DNA of 64,000 nucleotides from Felis catus. Lineage: Eukaryota. The stretch is taken from assembly GCF_018350175.1 (NCBI RefSeq), contig NC_058368.1:128838001-128902000 (forward strand). The letters run 5' to 3'. Position numbers and translations under genes: made by a program. The notes beneath the pieces were generated by a model. That model was given only the letters and a program-made list of their open reading frames with translations, did not search any database and was not told where the DNA came from. Of the stretch, positions 40,813-52,696 are shown piece after piece. Each line of letters begins with the position of its first letter. Position 1 is the stretch's first letter.

Positions 40813-42547
40813 AAAAAAATACACTTGCAGTGAAATTTCTTATAATGGTATTTAAATTGTGAAGGAAATTTCTCACTGCCTTATCATGACTTTTAGTTGT
40901 TTGATGACCAGAATGACTTTTTAGATCTCATTGTACCAGACACAAGGTACCATACACAAAGTTAATTATTAGTAAAGATTTCTTGAAAAAAAAATGAATA
41001 AAAATATGTTACTGGATGACTTGACAAAAATTGGGGAATTATTTTTAAATTTTATTTACCAATGTGATCCCTTCTCCTTGTATGACAGATGCCTTTAACT
41101 GGAAATCCAGAGAGGGACTGGCATCTGTATATCAAAATATATCATGCTACATATAGTCGAAGCATAGCTGGAGGTATTCAGAAGCAGTTTGTCCTATAGC
41201 TATAAATGTGGTATTTTATGATTTTATAAAATTAGCTGCACCTAGCAAAAAAACAGTATCTGCTGAATTGATGTATCCGTACACTTGAATGTGCTCTCAA
41301 ATAGGCCCATTCAAAGCATTTTTAAGCCTTAATTTTCCAATATCAGATCTCATTTTTAATTAAGGCTTAGCTTCCACTCTCCCCTGCATCTCCATAGAAG
41401 GATTAGGCCAGACCACATCACATCTGGCTGGGTCTGTGATGTCTCGGGGATTTATGAATGACAAGCGATATTAAAACTGGGGTCGTGTGCAGTCATCCTG
41501 AAATCAGAAGCTGAATGCTCCGTTCCCAACCGCGTGGGGTTGGGGTAAACAGGTCATCAAAGGCAGCAGTATCTCTGCTCTCTCCTTTTGTATTCAGAAT
41601 CTTCCTTCACAAAAAAATTCAGCACCAGAATCTTGTGGCATTCTCTAATGAGTAACCTGTAATCAAAGCAAAGCTCTTTCTTAACGTTGGTTATAAAGAG
41701 AGCAAGGGGAGAAAGAGACTGGAAGGGGTGTGAGAGAGAATCGGAAGGAGACGAAGTGGGGGCACATCGGGGGTTCACTCGCACGAGAGGCCTGCCTTTG
41801 CCCCCACCAGGAAGACTCATGGGCCCTGTCTATCAGAGTTCCTGCTAATAATATGAGAAACATGCAAACTACCGAGTTCACACAGAAGTTCAGACATTCT
41901 TGGGGCATTACGGAGAATTGTTTTGAAAACATACAATAAGATTATTGAGGGACTGGTTTGTCAGTAAGCAGCAGCCGAAGCTCTGGGAACATGGGAGCTT
42001 TTCCTAAAACCTCAGTGGTGACCGTGGGTCATGGAGGGACACTTGTCTCCCTGTGACCAGGGCTGTCCGTGCCCATCCCATGTGTATGGTCCATGAGACC
42101 GGCTGGGTAGCTCGAGCTGTCTTCATTTCCTCAGTGACTGCTGCCACTGAGCCCATGTTCAGTAAGACTCCAGCGGTCACGCCCTGGTTCCCTGAAGCCC
42201 TGGGCTTCTGCCTCTTCCAAGGGTAACATGCTGGAAAACAGGAAGGAGAGAAGCAAATATCCCAAAAGATTTCACTGGGAGACAGAGACATACACATAGA
42301 TAATATATGTGAAAGCATCTTGAAAAGTTCCATGTGCTACATGAATAAAGTTAATACTACTTCTCTATAATAGCATGGCTTAGTGGATCCACATGTAAGC
42401 ACTCTTCCATGGGTAAGCTAGTCCTTCAAAGCAGAACCAGTAGTACCATTTTACTAATCCATAATTCAACCTTGTGGAAATTCAACTAGACTTTGTGATG
42501 CATGATGGGTGGTCACCAGCAAGTAGAGTCAGAGACCTTTATTTCTT

Positions 42548-42775
42548 TATTTTTTTTATTTTTTTTATTTTTTAACGTTTATTTATTTTTGAGACAGAAA
42601 GAGACAGAGCATGAATGGGGGAGGGCAGAGAGAGAGGGAGACACAGAATCTGAAGCAGGCTTCAGGCTCCGAGCCATCAGCCCAGAGCCCAACGTGGGGC
42701 TCGAACTCACGGACCTCGAGATCGTGACCTGAGCTGAAGTCGGATGCTTAACCGACTGAGCCACTCAGGCGCCCC
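42548..42775 (-). mobile_element. SINEC_Fc-type element
   Basis: TSD AGAGACCTTTATTTCTT on both sides. Confidence 0.95.
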
Positions 42776-43509
42776 AGAGACCTTTATTTCTTAACTTTGG
42801 TTATGGTCAGATAAGCAACGAGAGAATAGGCACTGGCATCCAAGAATTCATGTTAATATGCATCACTTTCTAATTTTCAAAGCACTCATGCTTTACAGCT
42901 TCAGAACTGCGTGACATAGGTAGGGATTATTACCTCCCTTTCCCTGGCAAGGAAACTGAGGCCCAGAGAGTTTGCATGGCTTGTCCCCAGGTCACAGGGA
43001 TGATGAGCGGGTGCACCATGACTGTGTAGTCAGTGGCCTCTAGGAAGCAATGCAGAAACGTGGCAGGATATAAATTCTAAACCCAGGGTGTTAAACAATT
43101 GAACTGTAGCACCCTAGAGGCCAAAGCCCCTTCCCTATTTGCAGCTCCCAGTGTTGCTGAAGACTGTGCCTGGGGATAGGGTGTGTTTAGACTTGGGTAC
43201 TTTTATGTCTCATCTGTTGTACCTTCTCTTTCAGAGCCACATGCTCTTGAATGATCTGGACAAAGGAGAACTTGCTCTGGTATTAGGGTAATTGCAACAT
43301 GGTAATACTTAGCACACTCAGCACTTTCCACCTAGATGCTATCTCATTAACCTTCCCATGTCTCAGAGAGCCATGTGCTACATGCAATGTTGCTGTAGCC
43401 TCGGTTGCTCTAGGAAAAGAGTCAGTCCTCCTCTGAGCCCCAAGATGAGGTCCTTTGGCTCTGCAGCTATTTTGCTGGATTACCGTAGGCCTGAAACTGA
43501 GGTTTCCCT

Positions 43510-43739
43510 TTATTTTTTTGTTTATTTGTTTTTTTAACATTTATTTATTTTTGAGAGATACAGAGACAGAGTGCAAGCGGGGGAAGGGCAGAGAGAGAGG
43601 GAGACACCGAATCCGAAGCAGGCACCAGGCTCTGAGCTGTCAACCCCCAGCCTGACACGGGGCTGGAACTCACGGAACCGTGAGATCATAACCTGAGCCA
43701 AAGCCGGATGTTTAACTGACTGAGCCACCCAGGTGCCCC
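43510..43739 (-). mobile_element. Can-SINE
   Basis: Reverse head and tail; TSD gaggtttcc. Confidence 0.95.
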
Positions 43740-43885
43740 GAGGTTTCCTTTTAAATAGAGAATGACTGGGGTCCAAGTGGCAAATACCATCTATTGTTGT
43801 TTTCTGAGTGCAGGTATTTAGAAGTCTCATTGCTATAAAAACGGTTTTTGCCTCTCTAGAACAACACTGAGTAACACATGGATGC

Positions 43886-44097
43886 TTTTTTTTTTTTAAT
43901 GTTTATTTATTTTTGACCGAGAGACAGAGCATGAGTGGGGGAGGGGCAGAGAGAGAGGAAGACACAGAATCCAAAGCAGGCTCCAGGCTGTGAGCTGTCA
44001 GCACAGAGCCTGACTGTGGGGCTCGAACTCACAGACCACGAGATCATAACCTGAGCTGAAGTGGGACGCTCAACTGACTGAACCACCCAGGCACCCC
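43886..44097 (-). mobile_element. Can-SINE
   Basis: TSD cat(g/a)gatgcttttt. Confidence 0.95.
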
Positions 44098-44186
44098 TAC
44101 ATAGATGCTTTTTAAATGTCTGCCATCTAATCCTCACAACGGTGTAGGAAGCACGTGTCATTACCCACCTTATAGGAAACTTTTTA

Positions 44187-44417
44187 TTTTTAAAAAAAAT
44201 TTTTTTTTCAACGTTTTTTTTTATTTATTTTTGGAACAGAGAGAGACAGAGCATGAACGGGGGAGGGGCAGAGAGAGAGGGAGACACAGAATCGGAAGCA
44301 GGCTCCAGGCTCTGAGCCATCAGCCCAGAGCCCAACGCGGGGCTCGAACTCACGGACCGCGAGATCGTGACCTGGCTGAAGTCGGACGCTTAACCGACTG
44401 CGCCACCCAGGCGCCCC
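44187..44417 (-). mobile_element. Young SINEC_Fc-type element inserted into a MIR
   Basis: CpGs intact; TSD TAGGAAACTTTTTA at 44173-44186 and 44418-44431. Confidence 0.97.
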
Positions 44418-45013
44418 TAGGAAACTTTTTAGAGGAGATTCGGAGATTAAATGCCTTGCCCGAAGACTCGCTGGTGCTAGATAGGAGATTAGGGTTTGCT
44501 GCCAGCTCTGGGTCTCTTCAGAGCCTCGATGTAAGGTGCCGGGATCCTGTGTGAGGGCTGGTCCCTCGCTTCTTCGGTCTCATGAGCTGAAGGGAAAGAG
44601 CGAGGACCCAAACAGACCATCTACTTGGTACCAGCTACACATGCAGACTCCCCTCCACCCACGGCAGGCTGCCAAGAGAGGGAGGAGGAATGGGAGGGGA
44701 CAGCACAGCCAGAGCTCATGCGGAGCACCTCGCAGCTCCTGGGCATCTCATCTAAAATCAGGAAGATTTCAAAACCCAGACACTATTTCCAGGGCTGCCA
44801 AGAGCCGCGGAGAAGTACGCAGGGGTGTGGAGGGCTTTTCAAAAGCAGGATGAAAGGAGAAGGGAGGACAGAAGTTGGAGAGACCGTTTTGAGGGAGAGG
44901 ACAGGGTCCTGCTGGGTCAGGGTCAACTCCTGCTGTGGGAGTAAAAGCCTCGATGAAAACATGCCTGGTGTGACCGTAAGAGTACTTGTTGATTTGTGAA
45001 AAAAATGGCTTAC

Positions 45014-45113
45014 AATACGCAGAATCTGCATTTTAAGATTTGTCCTACCAAATTCATAAGGAAAAGAAATGCTCCAGCCTGCAATGTCAGTAAAATGAAT
45101 TGGTGATGTGTAC
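45014..45113 (-). other. Candidate internal exon (100 nt)
   Basis: Acceptor ccttcttgttgatttgattAG, donor ATT|GTAAGC; two open frames. Confidence 0.3.
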
Positions 45114-45881
45114 CTAATCAAATCAACAAGAAGGCACCTTTTGAGGCCAATTTTTATATGCCTTTATTGTATTTATGTTAACTTCCGGGTTTCATGTGAG
45201 AGTCTTGCTAATAATAGGATTTATATAAAATTGGCTGTAAGGGGAGAGGTAGTTATTGTCTCCGGTTACTTATGATCCATGCCGTAATTTCTCAGCTAGC
45301 AGCTCAACTTGCAATTATCATTTGTTTGAGTAGGTCCTTGAACCCAGGCCTTGGCCTTGGGAATGGGTGGCCCTGAGCAGGGCTGCCCCACACCCATGGC
45401 CTGGTGGTTTGCCTGCTGTGTGCACTTAAGGGTGTTGACATGGTCAGAGGAACTGACGAAATCCAATACTCATTTTTACATTCTTCCATGGAAAAGTGAA
45501 TTCAGATTGGGATCAGCTTTACTAATAAACACTCCAGAAATAATCAGCCACCTTCCCTGAGGCTACATTTCTCATGCAGTGTCCTTGTTCTGGGCACATG
45601 ACTAATCACAAAGCTCTGATAAGTAGTGTGTGTTCCATGTAAATTATAATGTCACGCTGACATTTTGGCCTTATATTGATGAAACAGGTATTTCCAGCTC
45701 TGTCAGATCAAACTTACAGCCTAATGAATACTTTTGGAGGTCTGCAGCTGATTCTTCACCTACTTAAATTTCAGTAATTTATGTTCTCTAAATTAGCACA
45801 AAATGACAAACTTCAAGTAGTCATTTGGTTATTCCCATTGCCTTAAATAGGTGAATAGTAAACTGTTCAAAGACTCCTATT

Positions 45882-46085
45882 TGGGGCACCTGGGTGGCTC
45901 AGTTGGTTAAGCGTCTGACTTTGGCTCAGGTCATGATCTCATTCTTCGTGAGTTCAAGCCCCGCATTCGGTTCTGCACTGACAGTGCAGAGCCTTCTTGG
46001 GATTCTCTCTCTCTGCCTTTCTCTCCCACTCGCTTGCATGTGCAAACTCCCTCTCTCTCTCTCAAAATAAACAACAACAACAAAA
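45882..46085 (+). mobile_element. Can-SINE
   Basis: Head, (CT)n, tail; TSD aagactc(c/a)tattt. Confidence 0.93.
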
Positions 46086-46449
46086 AATCCACTAAGACTC
46101 ATATTTTTCCCTCTTGTCTATTTTCAAAGGGACAGACTCTCATTGTCAGGGGCCCATGTCAGGGTTCTATCATTCCTACAAGCAGATTTCTCTCTTAAAT
46201 CCATGCAGAGTCTCTCCTGTTTTAATTAAGATTCCTCTTCCCGTTAGGTCTGCAGAAGTCATGGGGTATAACTATTTGATGTTCAATCCTTGAAACCCTC
46301 CATGAACTTGAAAACAGCAACCAGGTTTATCCAGAGGCTTCTCTACCATGAGATAAACCCTGATTCCTTTTAACTTTCCATTTTGACTCTGTTTCTCCCA
46401 ATAGAGGCTCCTCCCCTCTGGCGTCTTCCCATTTTTATCATGTGGTGAT

Positions 46450-46925
46450 GCACTTATTGGGATGCATTCAGGAGTTCATTCTCTTTCAGTGAAAGTGGGC
46501 AGGCCAGTGACTCCAGCTCAACCACACCATGGAGGATGTCTCTGTGGTCTCATGTCCACCTTCATTTGCAAGATGTCTGCCACAGTTCCAGATAATCCAT
46601 GGGATCCCCGGGGAAAGAAGACAACTCCTCCTGTGAGTCTCTCTATAAGAAAAGCCCTTTTCCAAAATTCCCCAGGTGGCTTACTCTCAGACCTCATTGG
46701 CTAGAATTGGGCCACAGGCCAGGGGAAGAGGACAGCCCACATTGCACAGACCAGTCACCATTCATACCCCGCCCCCACTTCTGCTCTGGCAAGAGGAGTC
46801 ATTTCCTGAGCACATAACTTTGTGGAGAGTGAAATGTCAAACAAAATCAAGGCTCAACCAGCAAGGGGAAAGGGGAAAGTGGCAGGGGTGGCTGTTAGAT
46901 GGGCAGTCAGCTGTGTTTGCTACAG
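46450..46925. mobile_element. MLT1K/J-like LTR fragment
   Basis: ttgcaagatgtctgccacagttccag...ctcattggctagaattgggccaca. Confidence 0.6.
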
Positions 46926-46972
46926 GTGACTCAAAAAATGGAGAGTAAAACTATTCTCCACCTAGTTCAAAA

Positions 46973-47117
46973 AAATTTTTTTAAGTTTATTTATTTTTGA
47001 GACAGAGTGAGAGAGCATGAACGGGGGAGGGTCAGAGAGAGAGGGAGACACAGAATCGGAAACAGGCTCCAGGCTCTGAGCCATCAGCTCAGAGCCTGAC
47101 GCGGGGCTCGGACTCAC
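46973..47117 (-). mobile_element. 5'-truncated SINEC_Fc-type element
   Basis: Only the 3' part of the body is present; imperfect TSD tag(t/c)tcaaaa. Confidence 0.9.
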
Positions 47118-47925
47118 ATAGCTCAAAATATTAACAGCAACACAGCAAAACAAGTAATAACAAAACCCTTTCTGTGTCAGGTATTGTGACAACTAGCAGG
47201 CACACAAAAGTGAACATCACGTGGGCCTTGACCTGGAGAGCTAGCAAGCAAACCGGCATCCCATGTCATTTCAAAATTGTATAGTAAGCAAGGAGAGGCA
47301 TGCAGTGTTCTGGAAGCACAGAGAAGGATCCCTCAGCTCTACTGAGGGACGATTCCTGGGGAGAGACCAAGTGGACTGGCTATAGATGCTGAGAATGAGT
47401 TTGACTATAAAGACAATGCTGTAAGGTATGTGATTCTTGATTTTCTAATCTTTGTGTAATATTTTATGTTTTATTTTTATGGTTCATCTACAGTTGATGA
47501 AATAGAAAATCCCTTCAAGCCTGAGGGTGGTGTCCCCTGCAAGGGTCATTTCCCATGAGTTCAGTTTTTCGTATTTTGTATCTGGATGGAATCCATTTTA
47601 TGATCACAGAATTCCATATTTAAACAAGGAAGCCGCTCATCCAGTAGGAAAATGTGTGAGGGAGTGCAAATGAATTCAGTCTTAATCATTATGATGTCAC
47701 TGGCTCTGTAAGTGGATTTGTTTTTCAGTATTATAAGAGAACTTCAGTAATTTGAACTGAGGGGGAATCAGTCAGAATGAGTGAAAGTCTATCATGTACA
47801 ATTGTTTTATTACTTTTATTTATGTGTGTGCTAAAATAGCAAAGAGTCGCTTATGAGGAATCTGTGTTAAATTGATAAGAATGATTTCCTTAGCATATTC
47901 ACTACCTCCTTAAAAATGATCTTCA

Positions 47926-48146
47926 GGGGCGCCTGGGTGGTGCAGTCGGTTAAGCGTCCGACTTCAGCCAGGTCACGATCTCGCGGTCCGTGAGTTCGAG
48001 CCCCGCGTCAGGCTCTGGGCTGATGGCTCAGAGCCTGGAGCCTGTTTCCGATTCTGTGTCTCCCTCTCTCTCTGCCCCTCCCCTGTTCATGCTCTGTCTC
48101 TCTCTGTCCCAAAAATAAATAAACGTTGAAAAAAAAAATTAAAAAA
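47926..48146 (+). mobile_element. Young SINEC_Fc-type element
   Basis: Near-identical to 40120-40329; TSD AAAAATGATCTTCAG. Confidence 0.97.
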
Positions 48147-48162
48147 AAAAATGATCTTCAGG

Positions 48163-48807
48163 TTAGGAATGCAAGTTGGGGCAGCCACTCTGGAAAACAG
48201 TATGGAGGTTCCTCAAAAAACTAAAAATAGAACTACCCTATGACCCAGCAATTGCACTACTAGGCATTTATCCAAGGGATACAGGTGTGCTGTTTCAAAG
48301 GGACATGTGCACCCCCATGTTTATAGCAGCACTATCAACAATAACCAAAGTATGGAAAGAGCCCAAATGTCCATAGATGGATGAATGGATAAAGAAGATG
48401 TGGTATATATATATATACAATGGAGTATTACTCAGCAATCAAAAAGAATGAAATCTTGCCATGTGCCACTACGTGGATGGAACTGGAGGGTATTATGCTA
48501 AGTGAAATTAGTCAGAGAAAGACAAACATCATATGACTTCACTCATATAAGGACTTTAAGAGACAAAACAAATGAACATAAGGTAAGGGAAACAAAAATA
48601 ATATAAAAACAGGGAGGGGGACAAAACAGAAGAGACTCATAAATATGGAGAACAAACCAAGGGCTACTGAAGGGGTTGTGGGAGGGGGGATGGGCTAAAT
48701 GGGTAAGGGGCACTAAGGAATCTACTCCTGAAATCACTGTTGCACTATATGCTAACTAATTTGGATATAAATTTTTAAAAATAAAAAAAAAATAGAAACA
48801 AAGAAAA
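48163..48807 (+). mobile_element. 5'-truncated felid L1
   Basis: ORF 48176-48376 matches the L1 ORF2 C-terminus (QPLWKTVWRFLKKLKIELPYDPAIALLGIYP); TSD AAAAATGATCTTCAG. Confidence 0.97.
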
Positions 48808-48822
48808 AAAAATGATCTTCAG

Positions 48823-48994
48823 AGGCACCTGGGTGGCTCAGGTCATGAGCTCATAGTTTGTGAGTTCAAGTCCCACATTAGGCTCGGTGCTGACAATGCA
48901 GAGCCTGTTTGGGATTCTCTCTCTCCCTCTCTCTACCCTTCCACCTCTCGCTCTCTCTCTCTCAAAAATAAAATAAAGAAACATAAAAAAAATT
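48823..48994 (+). mobile_element. Older Can-SINE with an internal deletion in the head
   Basis: ggcacctgggtggctca joins directly to ggtcatga; TSD with one mismatch. Confidence 0.9.
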
Positions 48995-49574
48995 AAAAAT
49001 GCTCTTCAGATGACAAGAGACATTGGAAAACAAGCTGTGCTTTCCTCCTGCATCTTTTTTTTTTTCTTTAACAGATGTAAACTTTAGCCTGGTCTGTGTT
49101 GAGTTTATTAGAAAATTATGAATATTGTAAAGAATAATTACTTTTTAAAACCTTGGATCCATCCTTGGAGTTCTGTGGGCATGTTTCCATGAAAATGTGA
49201 TCCTCCTGTTATCAAAAGATAAAAGATAATTATTCCAATGAACACCTAAGCAAAAGTCATGAACAGGCAATTCAGGGTAACAAACCATATAAAATAGGAT
49301 TAGATGCCTTAATAATCAAAGAAATGAAAACTAAAGCAAGATATCACTGGTCAAATTGGCAAAAGAAATAAAAAAAATCGGCAAAAGATTTTGTAAAAGT
49401 ATAAATCAATAAATGAAGTGCTAATGCCCAGGGCTGGTGAGAGGGTGGAGAATTGAGCACTAATGTTTTATTCTATACACAGAGATGAATATATAAGGAT
49501 GTTTATTCTAGGACCATTTGTTTTAGTACAAAATTTTAAAACAACTTAAATGTTTACTAAATAATGGTGTGTTT

Positions 49575-49930
49575 GAGCCGCTTGAGTGGGTCAGTTGGTT
49601 AAGCGTCTGACTCTTGATTTCAGCTCAGGTCTTGATCCCAGGGTGGTTAGTTTAAGCCCTGTGTTGGGCTCCACACTGGGCATGAAGCCTACTTAAAAGG
49701 AAACAGAGGGGCGCCTGGGTGGCTCAGTCAGTTGAGCATCGGACTTCAGCTCAGGTCACCATCTCGCGGTCCGTGAGTTCGAGCCCTGCTTCGGGCTCTG
49801 GGCTGATGGCTCAGAGCCTGGAGCCTGTTTCTGATTCTGTGTCTCCCTCTCTCTCTGCCCCTCCCCCATTTATGCTCTGTCTCTCTCTGTCTCAAAAATA
49901 AACGTTAAAAAAAAAATTTAAAAAAAAAAG
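49575..49930 (+). mobile_element. Short old Can-SINE with a younger SINE (about 49707-49930) in its tail
   Basis: TSD aaaaggaaa(c/t)aga. Confidence 0.9.
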
Positions 49931-49949
49931 GAAATAGAAAAAAAGAAAG

Positions 49950-49950
<1 letters not shown>

Positions 49951-50020
<70 letters not shown>

Positions 50021-50022
50021 AA
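49951..50022. repeat. (GAAA)n, about 18 units
   Basis: Direct count. Confidence 0.95.
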
Positions 50023-50150
50023 AAGAAATGTGTATTCATGCAATGGAATATTACACATCTGTCAGAAAAGGGAAGTATCTCTGTATATACTGATTTTTTT
50101 AAATCTCTCAACATAAAAAATATATATATATATTTTTTTAATTTAAAAAA

Positions 50151-50360
50151 GGGTGCTTGGGTGACTCAGTCGGTTAAGCATCCAACTTTGGCTCAGGTCA
50201 TGATCTCACACTTCATGGGTTCGAGTCCCAGGTCGGGCTCTATGCTGACAGCTCAGAGTGTGGAGCCTGCTTCAGATTCTGTGTCTCCCTCTCTCTCTGC
50301 CCCTCCCCCGCTCATACTCTCTCGCTGTCAAAAATAAAATAAACATTAAAAAAATTTTTT
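50151..50360 (+). mobile_element. Can-SINE
   Basis: Head, body, (CT)n, tail. Confidence 0.93.
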
Positions 50361-50946
50361 TTAATCTCAAGATGTGTTGCATAGACAAAGCAAGTTACAG
50401 AACAAAGTAATGTTATCTATATGCACATGTATGGAGACATTAGTAATTATACTTCTGGAAGGATATGTAGGAAACTGTTACAGCAATCTCATTGGTTACC
50501 TTCGGGGAAAAGGACTAGAGGTAAAGCATGAAAGACTTTACTTTTCACTTTGTACTTTTCTGTGTGCTTTGAATCTGTGCAAGAATTGCTTTATTCTAAA
50601 ATATGAAATGTAATTTTTTAAGAAAAAGAATAGGTTACATCTTCATGGTTTGACACGGGAAATTTTCTGCACTGTAAGAGGAGAAAGTGTAGAAAAATCA
50701 CAATGTTATGACTCTGTTAATGGTGCTATTTCTATCTAGATAAAGATGCAGACATACACAGTGTTTGAAGAAGTCTGGATGAAAATAACTCGCACTACCA
50801 TCTATGCGGCTGCCCCACAGCCAGAGTGGAGAAGTACTGACATTGTAGAAACCTTCACTTTCTATGTACTGTTTACTTTTTTGTACAGTGCTAGTGAATT
50901 ATCAGAAAGAAAAACAAATTTTTCCAAGTGAGGGGAAAAAGTAAAA

Positions 50947-50990
50947 GGAAGGAAGGAAGGAAGGAAGGAAGGAAGGAAGGAAGGAAGGAA

Positions 50991-51060
<70 letters not shown>

Positions 51061-51070
51061 AAAGAAAGAA
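50947..51070. repeat. Compound (GGAA)12 plus about 17 (GAAA) microsatellite
   Basis: Direct count. Confidence 0.95.
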
Positions 51071-52212
51071 AATCCAGTTCTCCCAACGCCCTTTTGCATG
51101 AAGCTTGCATGAAGTGCTCTGGTCTGCTCTATGCAAAAGCAGGGTTTGACTCCGCCTATCACCTGGCTCCTCCAAGCTTACTCTCACCACCTTCCCTTTT
51201 AAATCCCACCTGCCAGGGAAGCCTTTGTAGTCAGAGTGGGATCTCTCCTCTGATCCAACTTATCTACCCCAGGCTTACCCAACTAGAAAAACTGGAAAAT
51301 AAAAGTCAAAAACAGTACGTTCAAACAAGACGCTGAAAACTGGCCCAACCTGTACACGAAACCAACATGTCTTATTCGAGTACCGTGAGTTTGTGCAAGG
51401 AGCTAGCAGCCCGCTGGGAGGAAAGGAAACGCAGGCTGGGGACCCAGGCCCTAGTGCATCCCTGCCATTTTTTGAACTCCACCATTTTTCTCACCTGCTC
51501 ATCCTATCTGTTACTCTAACTCAGGAGGCTGATAAGAGAATCTGGGGAGGCAGGAGCAGTGCTATGGAAATAAAAGGTGATTAGTCATATCATCATGTGA
51601 GCCCTGGAGGACAGGATTTGTATTGTGGGTTTGGTATGAATATTGCCTAGAAAATGAGGAGAACCCAAGATGTTCATTAACACAAATGTGCTTTGATTTT
51701 ACGAAGAAAACGCTGTGACAATCCAACCCGAATGATTTCTCTTTTCAATGACTTTTCACCTCAGGATCTCAAAATGTCTCTTCCAGTCTTCCATCACAAC
51801 TGCCCCATAATGAGTGTGGGCTGCTACTAGGCCACCAATAGTAGTGTTGACACATTTTCCAGCATTTCCCCCCCTCCCCATCATGAATAATACGTTTCTT
51901 GTTACTGGTGAGAGCCATTATAACAGGAAGGAAGAGCAGCTCAGATGTGTCTGAGCGCTGGGAGTTTAGAAAAGAAACCTTGGGTGGAACTGGAAGAGGA
52001 GACTGAGCAGGCTGAGGGGAAGTAGCCAAGCAGAGATTTCTAAAGCCAATGCGATGACTTAACCCTACATACTGTGCAGGTCTTCTTTACTCTTTGTTTG
52101 AACCCTGTTATTACTCTAGTTACAGAAGATTCCACAAGCTGGCGCACAAAGCAAGAGACAGCAGTGTTCCTTGTAAGCTGAGAAGATATTTAGACGACAA
52201 GGTTGACTACCA

Positions 52213-52696
52213 GTAGTGGCTGAATTGTGTCCCCCAAAATAGATATGCTGAAGTACTAGCCTTCAAACCTCAGAATGTGATCTTATTTGGAAAGAGGGTC
52301 TTTACAGATTTAATCAGGTTAAAACGAGGCCATTAGGGTGGGCACTAATCCAATATGACTCGTGTCTTTCTAAAAGGGGGAAATTTGAATACAGAGACAG
52401 ACACACAGACATACAGAGGGAAGAAGATGTGGAGACACAGGAAGAACACCATGGAGGGGCAGAGATTTGGAGTGATGTTGCATCTATAAGCCAAGGAATG
52501 CCTGAGGCTACCAGAAGCTAGGAGACAGGCCTGGAACAGACCCTTCCCCAGAGCCTGCAGAGGGAGCACAGCCCTGCCCACACCTTGGTTTTGGACTTCT
52601 GGCCTCAGAGCTGTGAGACAGTAAGTTTTTATTTATTAAGTAGATAACCACCCAGTCGGTGACACTTTCTTATGGCAGCCCTAGGAAACTACTACA
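52213..52696 (+). mobile_element. MLT1C/B-like MaLR solo LTR, near full length
   Basis: gctgaattgtgtcccccaaaa...aagccaaggaatgcc...atggcagccctaggaaacta. Confidence 0.9.

Noticed and set aside
43034..43123. 11-bp inverted repeats TGGCCTCTAGG as MITE ends or CTCF sites
   Set aside because: No TSD, mismatches in the CTCF core, and chance-level length
44105..44554. 149-aa ORF and the many MAQSVK.../MISQ... ORFs
   Set aside because: Translations of Can-SINE bodies
47912..49009. CRISPR-like repeat-spacer appearance
   Set aside because: The repeats are TSDs and the spacers are retrotransposons of very unequal length; eukaryotic DNA with no cas genes
50862..51190. FLSF/LPSF-repeat ORFs (also the CVCV/HTHT ORFs near 32-33 kb)
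   Set aside because: Microsatellite translations
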